Assembly: GCA_001662655.1 (NCBI GenBank)
Contig: KV460219.1
From: Pseudogymnoascus verrucosus
Taxonomy: Eukaryota
Reading direction: 5' to 3' (one strand)
Length of the DNA stretch: 64,000 nucleotides
The notes below the pieces were generated by a model. It did not search any database, was not told the origin of the DNA, and saw only the letters and a program-made list of their open reading frames with translations. Position numbers and translations under genes: made by a program. This document shows positions 25,126 to 37,394 of the stretch, in pieces. Positions within the stretch are counted from its first letter, which is position 1, and the number at the start of each line of letters is the position of its first letter.

Positions 25126-26053
25126 GGAATGGGTGGAGACAATATTTGTTACCTCGCCATGTTTGGAGCAGCTGGATATTCACTAGTAGTGCTCGCATAT
25201 CCTTCCATCCTGGACATTGTCTTATTCGAGTTTCAATATACAATTGCAAAATATATACCAAAACTCGGAGACCAGCCAGTCTCAAGCCGCTCAGTGCATG
25301 GCAGCTATCAGATGCTAGATAAGCATTAATATATAACCCCCCCTTCTCACTTGGATTTTTCGACCAGAGCATTGCCTTCCTACCCTCCTGGCTTACCTAT
25401 GCGGTTGGCCCTCGTTCATCCAGTATCGTTGGCTGGCTGTTTGGTTTGGAACTTTCCCCCGCCTATTGAGTATTGGTGTTCGGTTTGAAACCCCTGTCAC
25501 TTCTCTGTTGTTGTCATTTGATGCTATTGTCGAATAGAAGTTGCTGTCGGTAATCGATGTTGCTGTCGATATAAAGCCGCTGTTGCCAACCATCACCGTC
25601 ACCACTGCGCCTTGACCACTGGTCCAGTAATTTGTCAAATGAGAACAAAGCCAAAGGTTGACTTATTCTGTGGCTTGATCGTACCTCCCGCCCGCGTCGG
25701 TTCACCGCGTAGCATTTCGGTTGCCTGCTTCCACCCCCGTCCCTCCGGGGATTTTCTCTGGTGTCTTACGAGAATAATGGCAAGAAACGGTAATGAAAGT
25801 GTAGAGTATGTTGATCCGAAACTTCCGCCTTTTGTTGAGCCAGGGTAATAAATAAAACAATTCGCAATGTGGCATGATAAAAAACTCCATTGCTATTCGT
25901 ATTAATTTGCCTAATCGAAGTTGAGATTCATATCCTATCAAATAGACGCCCAACACCGAATTGGAGGCTTGCATGCTCCCACACCCTATCCCACAATACA
26001 TCCCCCCAATATCTGTCAATATATGTGTATGTCTTCATTCAAACTCAACCTCT

Positions 26054-26566
26054 TCACAGCTCCTTCCCAAGCGCCGTCCACGTCGCCGTAACCGCCGCAG
26101 AAGCCAGCAGCACCGACCTCCCCAAATTCATCGTAGCCCACTGATCCAGCAGCTGCTTCACCGACGCCGCCTTCGTCTCCACCTTCTCCGCCGCTACCTC
26201 CGCCACCTCCGCCTCGCTCAACAGCACTTTGTTCGTGCCCATCATCACAATCAGAGTGTACGGGATAATACCCAGCGCCAGCGCCGCGGCAGTCGCATAC
26301 CCGCGCCAGGCGGGGGAGCCGGCGGCGCGGCTGTCGTATGCGAGATAGAGGAGAGATGTGGCGGCAACGACGGTGCCAGCTGGGACAGTATCGTGGCCAG
26401 CAGAGAACATGTGCTTGAATTGCTTGAGGAGGAGAGGGGTGGGGGATTCGAGGAGGCGGGGGACGGTGTATATTGAGAAGGAGGCTGAGGCGCCGGCTAG
26501 AATGGCGGTTGTTGTTAAGCCGACGGTCTGGAGGACACGGGCGGAGTTGGGGGTAAGGGCAGCCAT
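26054..26566 (-). CDS. DUF1772 / anthrone-oxygenase-like small membrane protein
   Basis: 170 aa with several hydrophobic helices. Motifs IIPYTLIVMMGTNKVLL and LLDQWATMNLGRSVL are typical of the family. Confidence 0.8.
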   Translation of the reverse strand: MAALTPNSARVLQTVGLTTTAILAGASASFSIYTVPRLLESPTPLLLKQFKHMFSAGHDTVPAGTVVAATSLLYLAYDSRAAGSPAWRGYATAAALALGIIPYTLIVMMGTNKVLLSEAEVAEVAAEKVETKAASVKQLLDQWATMNLGRSVLLASAAVTATWTALGKEL

Positions 26567-27376
26567 TGCTTTTTATCGAGGGAGATTTGGTAGTGAGTGA
26601 TTGTCGGGTTGTTGTAAGTTCCAGAAGAGAAGGATCGAGGGAAGCGGGGCGGATTGGGGTACCCGGCGCGATTATGATGCGTTCTCGGATAAATGTATAC
26701 CAGCTTCCGTTGCCGAAGTATGGCACGTGACATGTACGAGGTATAGGCGTGTATTAACGAAACTATATCATCTGCTTCTTTTCTCATATTACATTCATTT
26801 TCTTTGGTAGTTACAATATGTATATGTATACAACAAATAAACGGAAAGAAAACGATACGCATGCAATGCATTACTCACCTGAGAAAAATCTGATATATCG
26901 ATATCTATGATACATATACTTATCAATGTTCCACTACGGAAGCACCCTTCCTCCGCCCCGTTACAATTTCCGTTCCTAACTCCCGAGCTCAAGACATACA
27001 TCACTTGGCATTCCAGCCTCCTCAACATACCCCACACTGTCCCGTCCCTCATTGCCCCGGATCAACCGCGGGCCCTATGATCATCTATCAAATGTATCAG
27101 TGGGGCAGCCCTGGCTGAGACTGATGGTGGCCGAGGGGGGCCGATTGATAGATCACATTGGGTGGTCATGATATCATGGAACTGCCGAAAGAGAAGTCCA
27201 TTTACTTCATATTAGCCCCTCGTCCCCGCATCTTTCTACTTACCCCATCTTATGCATCTACCATAAGTTTCCTTATTTAGAGCACCTCTTTTCTCCTTAT
27301 ATTGCTTCTCCCCCCCACTTGATCACCCTCGTCCACTCCAGCGTCTACAGCGCCTTACCAACAACACACCGCTACT

Positions 27377-28877
27377 ATGTCTTCCTCCGACCAAATCCAC
27401 ACAGTCCCTGCCTACATCAACGGCGCTGAGCTCCCTCTCTCCTCAACCTTTGACGTCAACTCCCCCTCCACAAACACACTCATCCACCGCTCCGCCTCCG
27501 CCACCGTCGCTGACGCTCTCTCCGCCGTCACAGCCGCCCAGGCCGCCTTCCCCGCATGGCGCGACCTTCCCCCCGCCGCAAAACGCGACATCTTCCTCAA
27601 GACAGCCGAGATATTCAAGAGCCGAGCAGAAGAGCTCACAAAATACATGGTTGATGAGACGGGCGCTGATGCTGGTTGGGCGGGCTTCAACATCCACCTC
27701 ACTACGGATTTGCTTATTGATGTGGCGGGCCGCATCTCAAGCGTGAAGGGCGATTTCCCTACCACCTCCGACCCAGGAACGAGCGCAATCATATATAAAG
27801 AGCCATTTGGCGTTATTCTCGGCATTGCCCCATGGTAATTACTCTCGTCCCATCAATCCCTTCCTCCACCTTCGCCAAACTCCCTCCCTCCCGCTCAGCC
27901 ACTAACCCCGCCCCAGGAATGCCCCTTACATCCTCGGCGTCCGCGCCATCGCCAACGCCCTCGCCGTCGGCAACACTGCCATCCTCAAAGCCCCCGAGAT
28001 CTCTCCCCGCTGCACCTGGGCCATCGTCTCGTGCTTCCACGCTGCCGGTCTCCCCGCCGGCGTCCTCAACTCCCTCGCCCACGACACCGCCTCCGCGCCT
28101 GCAGTCACACAAGCACTCATCACCGACCCGCGTATTCGCAAGATCAACTTCACAGGCTCCACGGCCGTGGGTCGCATCATTGCCGAGCAGGCTGGGCGCG
28201 CGCTCAAGCCTGTGCTCTTGGAGCTGGGTGGCAAGGCGCCGGCGATCGTGTGGAGTGACGCAGATCTAGACTTGGCAGCTACTGAGTGCGCGAAGGGCGC
28301 GTTTATGCACACCGGGCAGATCTGTATGAGCACCGAGAAGATACTTGTGCACCGTAGCGTGGCGAAGGTGTTCGGGGAGAGGTTGAAGGTGAAGGTGGGA
28401 GAGATGTTTGGGGTTGGATGTTTGGTGAATCGGATGGGGGTGGAGAAGAATGTAAGGCTTGTGAAGGATGCCGTTGGGAAGGGAGCAGCTGTCATGGTTG
28501 GTGCTCTGGGTGGAGAGGATGGAGCGAAGATGTCGCCAATAGTTCTTGGAGGCGTGACGGAGGAGATGGATGTGTACAAGACGGAGTCGTTTGGGCCGAC
28601 TGTCAGTGTGATTGAGGTCGACACGGAGGAGGAGGCGCTGCGTATTGCGAATGATACTGAGTATGGGCTGTCGGCATCGGTGTTCACGGAAGACCTGCGT
28701 ACGGGGCTGAGGTTCGCGAGGGGAATCGAGAGCGGTGCGGTGCATATAAATGGGATGACGGTGCATGATGAGTCGGCGCTGCCGCATGGAGGCTGGAAGA
28801 GCTCTGGGTATGGAAGGTTTGGGAGCGGGGGGATGGAGGAGTGGGTGCAGACGAAGACGGTGACATTTAAGAACTAG
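27377..28877 (+). CDS. Aldehyde dehydrogenase (salicylaldehyde/vanillin dehydrogenase-like)
   Basis: One intron at 27835-27916. Motifs GIAPWNAP, INFTGST, LELGGK, GQICMSTEK, ESFGP and PHGGWKSSGYGRFG. Confidence 0.93.
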
Positions 28878-31800
28878 GATATAAGTGCCATTTAATTTCC
28901 ACATGCTGTGTATATTCTCCCGTTAAAATATGGCAGACGAGCTAAGGTACCGGATATGGCACCTTATAGGGAATGGTACATTTGGAACTACACTTGGACA
29001 AAGTGAAAGGCAAGTTCCATATCAATGACTTGAAACTACCTGTGGAACAAGAACAACCCACAAGAAAACGCTCTCCAGCTAGCATTTTGCCACTGTACCT
29101 ACTACTCTCAACTCCTCACTGCCGCCCATCTCCCAACCGCTAGCCTTCTCGCAGCCACGCAACCTCTCACTTCAAGTTCTAACACACCAACTTCTCAAGA
29201 ACGATTCACTATGGCATGTCCCCATCAGCCTTTTGCCCGGAGAGCATTATCAGGACCACAAATAGGGTTTTCCCCATTCCCATGGTGTCTGTGACGTCCG
29301 TGGAAGCTCTTTGCGATCCTCGTGGTTGCTATAAATAATGACGGGCTTGGGTAAGCACCCGCAGTCAGTGACCTTCCTATAGTACCACTGTCTCCAAGCA
29401 AGTTAGAAGTGCTGCTCTCTCGAGAATTCCACGAAGTGCATCTACCTCCGTGCCACGGTTCTACTTCGACGATTTCCGTTATGAGAGGTGTCTTCTCTGA
29501 GCTGGAGATATGTATCTATGAGCTTCGTTTCTTTGGTTTCTATCGTCTTACCCCTTTTCATCAATACAGCGTTGCCGTGGCCTGCACCATGAGTTCAATC
29601 ATGTTTCCCCAACCTTCATTCAGTCATTTCCTACCATCCGCTCTCAAATATATATATCCATGGAACTGTTCAGTCTTCGCATCGAACTACAAGTCAGACT
29701 GACACTGGGTTCACATCGTGGCGGTTGTCCGTTGCGGTCCTTGTATTTTTTTGTGCACGCAAATGGGCTATGAGTAGGTTGTGTGATGCGTTGCATTACC
29801 AGGAACAGCCTCGGTGCTGTCGCGGTGTTGCTGTTGTTGTTGGTTTCTGCTGTCGTTACTGCTGCTGTCACCGTTGGGCTTGTGCTGTCGGACTGCTGCT
29901 GTTACTGACCCCAGCATGGTGTCACACAAGGTTCCTACAGATGATGATATCGGGCAAAGTGATAGTTGTGTTTGTGTTTTCGAGGATACCGCAGAACCCT
30001 TGTCTTACCCATCTCCATGCTATCAATGATTCTGATGAGCGGACGAGACGGTGTCCATGAGTAGTTTTAGTACCATTGCCAAAATTTATTATTGGATAAG
30101 AATAACCGTCTATTTCTTCTTAGTAGGTTCAAAGTTCGCTCTGTCCGGAAATTCAGTGAAATTCCGAATATATTCGTTTGGGACTGGGATATGGATCTAT
30201 ATTCCCAATAATTGTAACGTTCCCCTCACTGTAAAATCCCAGTTGGGTGAGATTAGGACCTATATCCTTTGTAGCCAGATTGATCCTCTTGTTGAGGCCT
30301 CAATGCGCTTACGTTTGTAAACCCCGGCCCCGAAATAGGTTAATTTAGGATGGCTTGCGTGTTCAATATTATAGCGGTGCCTCAACTGGTAGATGTGGGG
30401 AAGCCACTTGTCGAGGGAGCCACTTCATCACAGCTGGTATTGAGGACAGGATTTCGATATGTCTTCTCCAAGAGAGAAAGATATTCCCCTTTACCTCCGC
30501 ATTATGATCCGCGGTTTAGGAACCAACTCTGGGTGTTTCTGGGGCCGAAGGAGGGGCATCTGGGGTGATATGTGGAGATAGAGTCTGCGGGATGCACTAT
30601 ACGTAAAAGGAGGTCGGCAAGAGACGGCTTTACGGACGATCATTGGCTGTCAAGGGTAATTGTGCTCCAACATCCTCCTGTAACACGTGCCTAGGCTCAG
30701 AGCTGACGGTCACAGCTTGTTATTTCTTTGTTTTTTTGTTCCATCGGTGTCTCATGGTGGATCGTGAAGAGCGGAATCCAGCGAGGGAGTGGGAAGGTGG
30801 TACAGAAGGATCATCATCGCTCACCTTGGATCCTTTCCACGCAGCCTGACTTTCAAAATTGACAGGATCTCTTGACAGTGTTTGGTTCCCCATACAACAG
30901 ATCCTTCGGACAGATCCTTCAGCGTTTCCCCAGGTCCACAATGGAGTTTCTCCAGGAAACGGCAGGCCCGTTGTGGACATCTGGGGATAATTGACGGCTT
31001 TCGTCGGGCTCTCCAGAGACTCGCATCATCTTTATGCACATAGTAGATCGTACCGGCGCTAAGGAGCGGAAAGGGTTGCCGGCACTTGCTTCTAGAAGCT
31101 TGATTAATTATTGTATGCGGTAATGGCTCGGCGTTGGGCGCGCTATAGGGTCTAGCGTTTGATGGTTAAGTGGCGATTATTTCAGAGTTTTGAGGAGTAG
31201 CCAGTGGCATTGTTTCGTTCCAGGATTTCCCGCCGTAGAGATTGAATTTCGGGTAGAAGTCTGGTTTCAGGACTTTGGTGGCCAATGATCGGAAGCAGAG
31301 AGATCTGGTTGGGGATTTTCATCGATGGTACTTCGGCAACGGCGATTCCCCATGAGCGTAGGGTGGCTAGTGGAGATTAGCGAGGTACACGCGATGCACC
31401 ACCGTTTTTTTTCACTTCTCACCCTGAAATGAGAACTTTCTCGTGTCCCTATTATGTCCACTTTGGGGCGGCATAACCCTTACCCTTAGATTTATGCCGT
31501 ACTACACGTCTTTGTACTACAGGCACAATAAGGTGCTGTAATATACTTTCACCGGTGATGTATCTGTGTTTCGCGCAAAATTCAGGATCGTCGCCACCGC
31601 CGGACATACCTAGTGTCACTGTATTACTACGTTGCTCCCCGAGACTTGTGGCCACCGCCGACGAAAAAGTCAGACATAACCAATGAGGCTCCAATATCTT
31701 GTTGAATCCTGCCGCCCTCCATTAGTTCCGTGGCTCCGAGGCACATATCGCTCTCTCCGCAGATAACACTACAGGTAGGTGGGTGATATCTCATACTGTC

Positions 31801-31948
31801 GCTAAATCGGGTGCCGCGCTATCCTGGGTTCTCCATAATATGGTTGCTCCAGTATATAGCCCCAAGTCTCCCCACACTTCCTGTCGATTTCTCAAGCATT
31901 TTCTTTTGCTGTCTCTCTTTAAGATAGCTTTCGTTGAAGCCAGCCGTC

Positions 31949-33894
31949 ATGCCTGCGGATATCGATTACCAAGCTGGAGCGCTGGCTGCCGAGCCGAACG
32001 CCTCGCAGCCGATTGATGAGAAGCCACCAGTCGGACACGAAGGTGTGGATAGAGCTGAAGGCGAAGTGGAAGTGTATGAGGGCCTTCCCACGCAAGATGA
32101 GCTTGAGGGAGAGGACGCTCTGAGGAGAGTGTCCGCCCCTATCCCCTGGACCGTCTACACCGTTGCATTTGTGGAATTGTGTGAACGCTTCAGTTATTAC
32201 GGAACACAGGTTGTCTGTATGTATTCCCGCTCCTTTCCGCTGGCCTATTCCCATGCTTACAACCCGCAGTCTCCAACTTCATCAACCGCCCACTTCCCAG
32301 CGGAAGCCTCCCCGGCTCCAACCCCAAGACAGGGGCCGGCGGCCCCTCTGACCAAGGAATTTCTGGAGCTTTAGGAAAAGGAACTGCAACAGCTAATGGA
32401 ATCAATACGTTCAACGCACTATGGATTTATACGACACCGTTGCTCGGTGCCTATATGGCTGACGCGCACTGGGGTCGTTACAAGGCCATTTGTGTCTCCA
32501 TCGGCATTGCTATCATCGGACACATCGTCCTAGTCGTCTCAGCTGTCCCAACCGTCATTACCAACACAAATGCGGCTATGGGAACCTTCATGACTGGTAT
32601 CATCATCATGGGCCTCGGCACCGGTGGATTCAAACCCAACATCTCTACCCTCATCGTGGAGCAAATCCCGGTGACGACTCTCATCGTTAAGACTCTTCCT
32701 TCTGGTGAACGCGTCATTGTCGATCCTACTATTACCCAGTCACGGATTTACCATTACTTCTACCTCTTCATCAATATCGGCTCTCTCATCGGCCAGATCT
32801 CCATGGTCTATGCCGAGAAGTATGTTGGCTTCTGGCTTGCGTTCCTCCTCCCAACTCTCATTTTCCTCCTCACCCCCGGAGTTATGTATTGGGGTCGCAA
32901 ACGCTACAGCCAAGCCGCACCCGAGGGCTCCATCGTCTCCAAAGCCTTCAAGATTCTTATGTTCGCTCAAAAAGGTCGCTGGAGCATCAACCCCGTCAGA
33001 ACATGGAAGCTCATGCACGATGGGACTTTCTGGGCGTCCGTCAAGCCATCTGCTATCGCCCCTGAGAACCGCCCCTCCTGGATGACCTTCGATGACCAAT
33101 GGGTGGACGAAGTGCGTCGTGGATTTGCTGCCTGCGCCGTCTTCGCCTGGTACCCCCTATACTGGATTACTTACAACCAAATCATCAACAACCTGACCAC
33201 TCAAGCGGGTACGATGCAGCTGCACGGCCTCCCGTCCGATATTCTCACCAACCTTGACCCCCTCGCCCTCATCATCCTCATTCCCCTCTGCGACCGTCTC
33301 CTCTACCCCTTCCTCCGCAAAGCCGGCATCCGCTTCACGCCCATCAAGAAGATCACAGCTGGGTTCTTCTTTGGCACCGCTGCCATGATTTGGTCTGCCG
33401 TCCTCCAACACTACATCTACAAGCGTTCCCCCTGCGGTTACAACGCCAACACCTGTTACACCGACAGCGGTGCTCCACTTCCAGCCACCATCAACGTCTG
33501 GGCTCAGACCGGTGCCTACATCCTCATCGCCATTTCCGAGATCCTGGCTTCCATCACATCGCTCGAGTATGCCTTCAGCAAGGCACCCCGCAACATGCGT
33601 TCGCTCGTGCAGGCCGTGGCACTGTTCACCAACGCTATCTCGGCTGCTATTTGTGAGGCTTTGAATCCTCTCAGCGCGGACCCGTTGCTGGTTTGGAACT
33701 ATGGTGTTATGGCTGTGCTCAGTTTCTTTGGGGGGATCATGTTCTGGTGGCAGTTCAGGAGCTTGGATGCTCAGGAGGATGAGCTGAATATGTTGCCTGA
33801 GGGACATGCTGTGGCGACGATGAAGGATATGGAGGGTTATCATGATGAGCCTTCGAGGCCACCGACGCCGAGAGAGATTGTGGAGAAGAATTAG
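31949..33894 (+). CDS. PTR2: POT-family proton-coupled oligopeptide transporter
   Basis: Intron at 32217-32269. Motifs VELCERFSYYG (ExxERFxYY), GLGTGGFKPN, FYLFINIGSL and EYAFSKAPRNMRS. Confidence 0.93.
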
Positions 33895-35003
33895 ATGGGA
33901 GAATGAAGTTTAGAGTATGAGCTCGTTTGAGCTGTATATATGATATCCATTGGATATAGAGTTGTATATATTTATGATATAGTAGAGTGGGGTAGATGAT
34001 GGCGTTCAGGCTTCATGGGGTTTATTTGCAGGCGTCATTTCTGGGTGGAGTAATAATTTCAATACATTTATGAAAATAGAACATTCTGACTTGCTATGAC
34101 TTCTCCTCTCGCTGGTATTGTCGGCAATCTAATGCTGCTGCCACCTCATCCTCCCACCTCATCCTCCCACCTCAAGCCTTCTCACCACCGCTTGTTCATG
34201 CCACCGACCATGTAACAGGCCCCCAAGGCAAGGTCTCGCATGGATATCCTCGGAGTGCCTCACGTCACCTTCAAATCGCCGCACGCCGCCAACGACTTCT
34301 TTCACACCTATAGCTGCCTATTTGGCCTGCTATTTTTGCCATGTTCATGCCCTCCGCCTCAAAGTTTCTGCCGTTATATGCTCGCGACGTTATGTTCTCA
34401 AGTTACTATTCGGTGTTCTTCGACGTTCCATATTCCTATTTCCCAATCGGTCATCACCACGTTCTACATCATTACTGGAGATCTCCCTCGAGATCTTTGG
34501 TGAGAGTGATCTCACATGGGTAACAGCTTTGAAGCTATCGCAAGTACAAATCTGCTGGCTGGTTTTATGATCCTGAAGGGATGTCTATTGCGTACAGATG
34601 AAATGCCCTTTCCCAGCCTGGTCGGCTGCTTTTGGTCATGACGCCCCAAGGCCAGTTGCACTCTTTCTATCTCCCTCTCCCCTTCCTTCTTAACCCTCTA
34701 GATGTTATGTCCCAGGTCCATTCTACTTCTACAAAGGCTATCCTCAGGGTTTTTCTTCTTAGTAGCCTCTGCTCGTCCATCCCAGTGTCTCAATTCTTGT
34801 ATCTTCCCCCATCTGGTTCAGACGACATGGGGATAATATCTGTACCACTTAATGGCCGAGTTCCACCGAAGGATCAGAAGGGAGTACTAGAGAAATTCAA
34901 GAGGTCCAAACCTAGCATGGTTTCTACAGTCTAGCGAAAATATCGATGGTACCGACAGGACGTGATCCTAACGCCGGAAACAGCACTGTGGCATTACCAA
35001 GCA

Positions 35004-35152
35004 GTGACAGCAGCAACGCGGTGGGAAGAATTGAAGTCTCTTTAGACTGTATGTAGTGACAGCAGTAACGACGCGGTGACAAAAATTGGATGTCTCTTTA
35101 GGCTGAACGGACAGCAGCAACGCTGTGACAAAAATTGAATGTCTAATCAGAC
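35004..35152. repeat. Three imperfect ~50-bp tandem units (GACAGCAGYAAC...GTGACAAAAATTG...TCT)
   Basis: Units begin at about 35004, 35057 and 35110, each reading GACAGCAG(C/T)AAC...AATTG(A/G)A...TCT. Confidence 0.7.
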
Positions 35153-35525
35153 TTCTGTTTCGACAGTACCATCTTGTCGACAGTTGCGTTTGTTGCAACC
35201 AGACCAAATACCTTCAGGGGAAATATCTGTCCATCTCGGTGAATACGGCCATATAACTCGTTTCAGGGGCCAAATATGGCGACGCATTTATACTGCCTCA
35301 CTCCCAAGCAAAGTCGTGAAACTTTGAAACGATCCCTTAAAATCACCATAAGTTTCTCCACCAGCACATTAGTTGCGTACTTATACTCACGTAGACTAGA
35401 CACTGCAGGCAAGGATATATGGTGCGATAAACGTGCCCATGCAGACCTGCTTCTCTATTATGCTAGCTAGAGGATCCCAAACGCCAGGAATAGTACATTA
35501 CAAGAGGTGAACCCCTATTTCCACC

Positions 35526-36685
35526 TCACAGATCCTCATCCGTCTCCATCTTCTCCCCATTCGCCGTCTTCTTCTCCTTAGTCGGCCCACTCGCCTCCTT
35601 ATCAATCATCTGCCTGCTCACCGACACGATGTTGTCCTCAATGAGCTGCTGTCCAACATCCTCGAGATGCTTCTTCGGGTCCTGCTTGCCAACGTATCTT
35701 GTCTTCAGCTGGTCCTTTGTCAACTCCGTCTCCTCCTTGACCCTCTTCTCGTAACCTTCCGACAGCCCCACGAGACGCTGTAAGCGGTCATTGTTCTTCT
35801 TGCCCTCAACGCGGAAATCGTCCATCTGCAATCCCTCCGTCCAGACGTGCTTGTGCAGGTTCATCAGCATGTTCTCCTCCAGCGCCGTCTTGCGGTAGGC
35901 GATCGCGATGCTGTAGTAATGCCTGTTCAGGCCGTGGATGAGGGCTTGGATCGAGGGCTTGTTGAGGTGACCCAAGTTGGATGTCGATTGACGGGGCTCC
36001 TGGCCGTGGATCAGGGATTGTGGGTTGATGAGGCGGAAGGCGTCGATGACGACCTTGCCCTTGACGGATTGGATGGGGTCGACGACAACGGCGACGGCGC
36101 GGGGGTTGAGCTGCTCGAAGGATTGTTGTGTGTTGACATCGACGGACGAAAGCCAGCAGCCAAAACCGGGATGGGAATGGTACCAGCCTACTACGGTTTC
36201 CGGTCTAGATATTCAAGTCAGTTGATTGTTGTGACAGGTCGGAATGGGATGGACGAACCGCCCGGTTTGCCTCAGCATATCCATCATCTTTGTCTGGAAT
36301 ACTGGATCGACGGCCTCGACACTGACTCCAGTTCCGCTTTGGGGCATCGCAAACACATCCACCACGCGAACAGTGAAGTCATCGACGAACTCTCCCAGCA
36401 TCAAGCCCATGACCTCCATGGGGACACCTGCGCGACCATGCCGTAACATCTTCAGAAGGGCGAGCGAGGAAATGTAGACGGTCTCGGAGTTATCAATCAA
36501 GCTCGTGTTGTCCTAGCCAGTATCCATTAGTGCGTGTTCCATATGTGACGGCCGTCGTTGATGTATTCGTAGCAACATCTCTGTGTGTTGAATGTCTCGT
36601 GTGGTGCAGAACTTACAGAGCCAGGTGCTGCTCCTCCTCCCATCCCGCCGGCTGTCGCCAGCATGCGGTTTAACCTGCTGTCCAT
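35526..36685 (-). CDS. RPN11: 26S proteasome lid deubiquitinase (JAMM/MPN+)
   Basis: Motifs [50 protein letters not shown] and [18 protein letters not shown]. Two introns. Confidence 0.97.
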
Positions 36686-36920
36686 ATCTCCGGTATATGT
36701 CGGGAGGCGTCGGATTGAGGGGTATGATGTGAGATTTGTTGAGTTTCGTTGGTGGTGAGGGTAAGGTGGTGGTATGGAAAGTTATTGAAGCTGTGGTCGC
36801 AGAATAGAGCTACAAGGCAGCTTGGGACGCGAAGGCTAGGCTGTTGGGTTGTTCGCTGTGTAATCCACCGCCATGTCACGTGCAGTAGCGCAAGGCTGAG
36901 GATCTGTTGTGGTCAGTTCC

Positions 36921-36929
36921 TTGGCCACC
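36921..36929 (-). promoter_or_regulatory. PACE-like (Rpn4) element upstream of RPN11
   Basis: GGTGGCCAA on the minus strand about 240 bp upstream of the RPN11 ATG, one mismatch from yeast GGTGGCAAA. Confidence 0.35.
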
Positions 36930-37394
36930 CATGCCTGGCGCCATAACTATATTCACCAAGGGCTGGGAACTGACATATATTCACTTATTCACAGCTTTGG
37001 GTGACTTCATTATTCACATGGATAAATACACCTTGTGAAGGATTATTATTTTTATTCAGGCCATCTTATATCCTCCTTATATTCTTAAATTCACCTGAAA
37101 GAGGACCAATACAGTGAACGAGGCTGTTGGTGTCAAAAGGTCGACCGAACCAAAACTAAAGCGGGCCCGGACCATCAGCAGTCCAGTACTCCACAAGCCA
37201 CCGCGAATGCCGCCCCATCCTCTTTCATCTTTACAAACCCAAGCTTCGTTTCTACTGTTCTACCGTTCTACCGTTCTCCGAACAAACGTCCAAATTGTAC
37301 CTCCCACCTCAATTCTTGATCATTCTCGAATTTGAGGATCAAAGACTTCTTTCACTCGGACTACTTAAACTACTGGACGCAAGATAACGGGACC

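Noticed and set aside
33157..33843. Long antisense ORFs opposite PTR2 (and similarly opposite ALDH, RPN11 and the Zn2Cys6 TF)
   Set aside because: Shadow frames produced by biased codon usage of the real genes.
34240..34503. MDILGVPHVTFKSPHAANDFF, faintly like a P450 N-terminal beta region
   Set aside because: Too short, and no other P450 motifs nearby.
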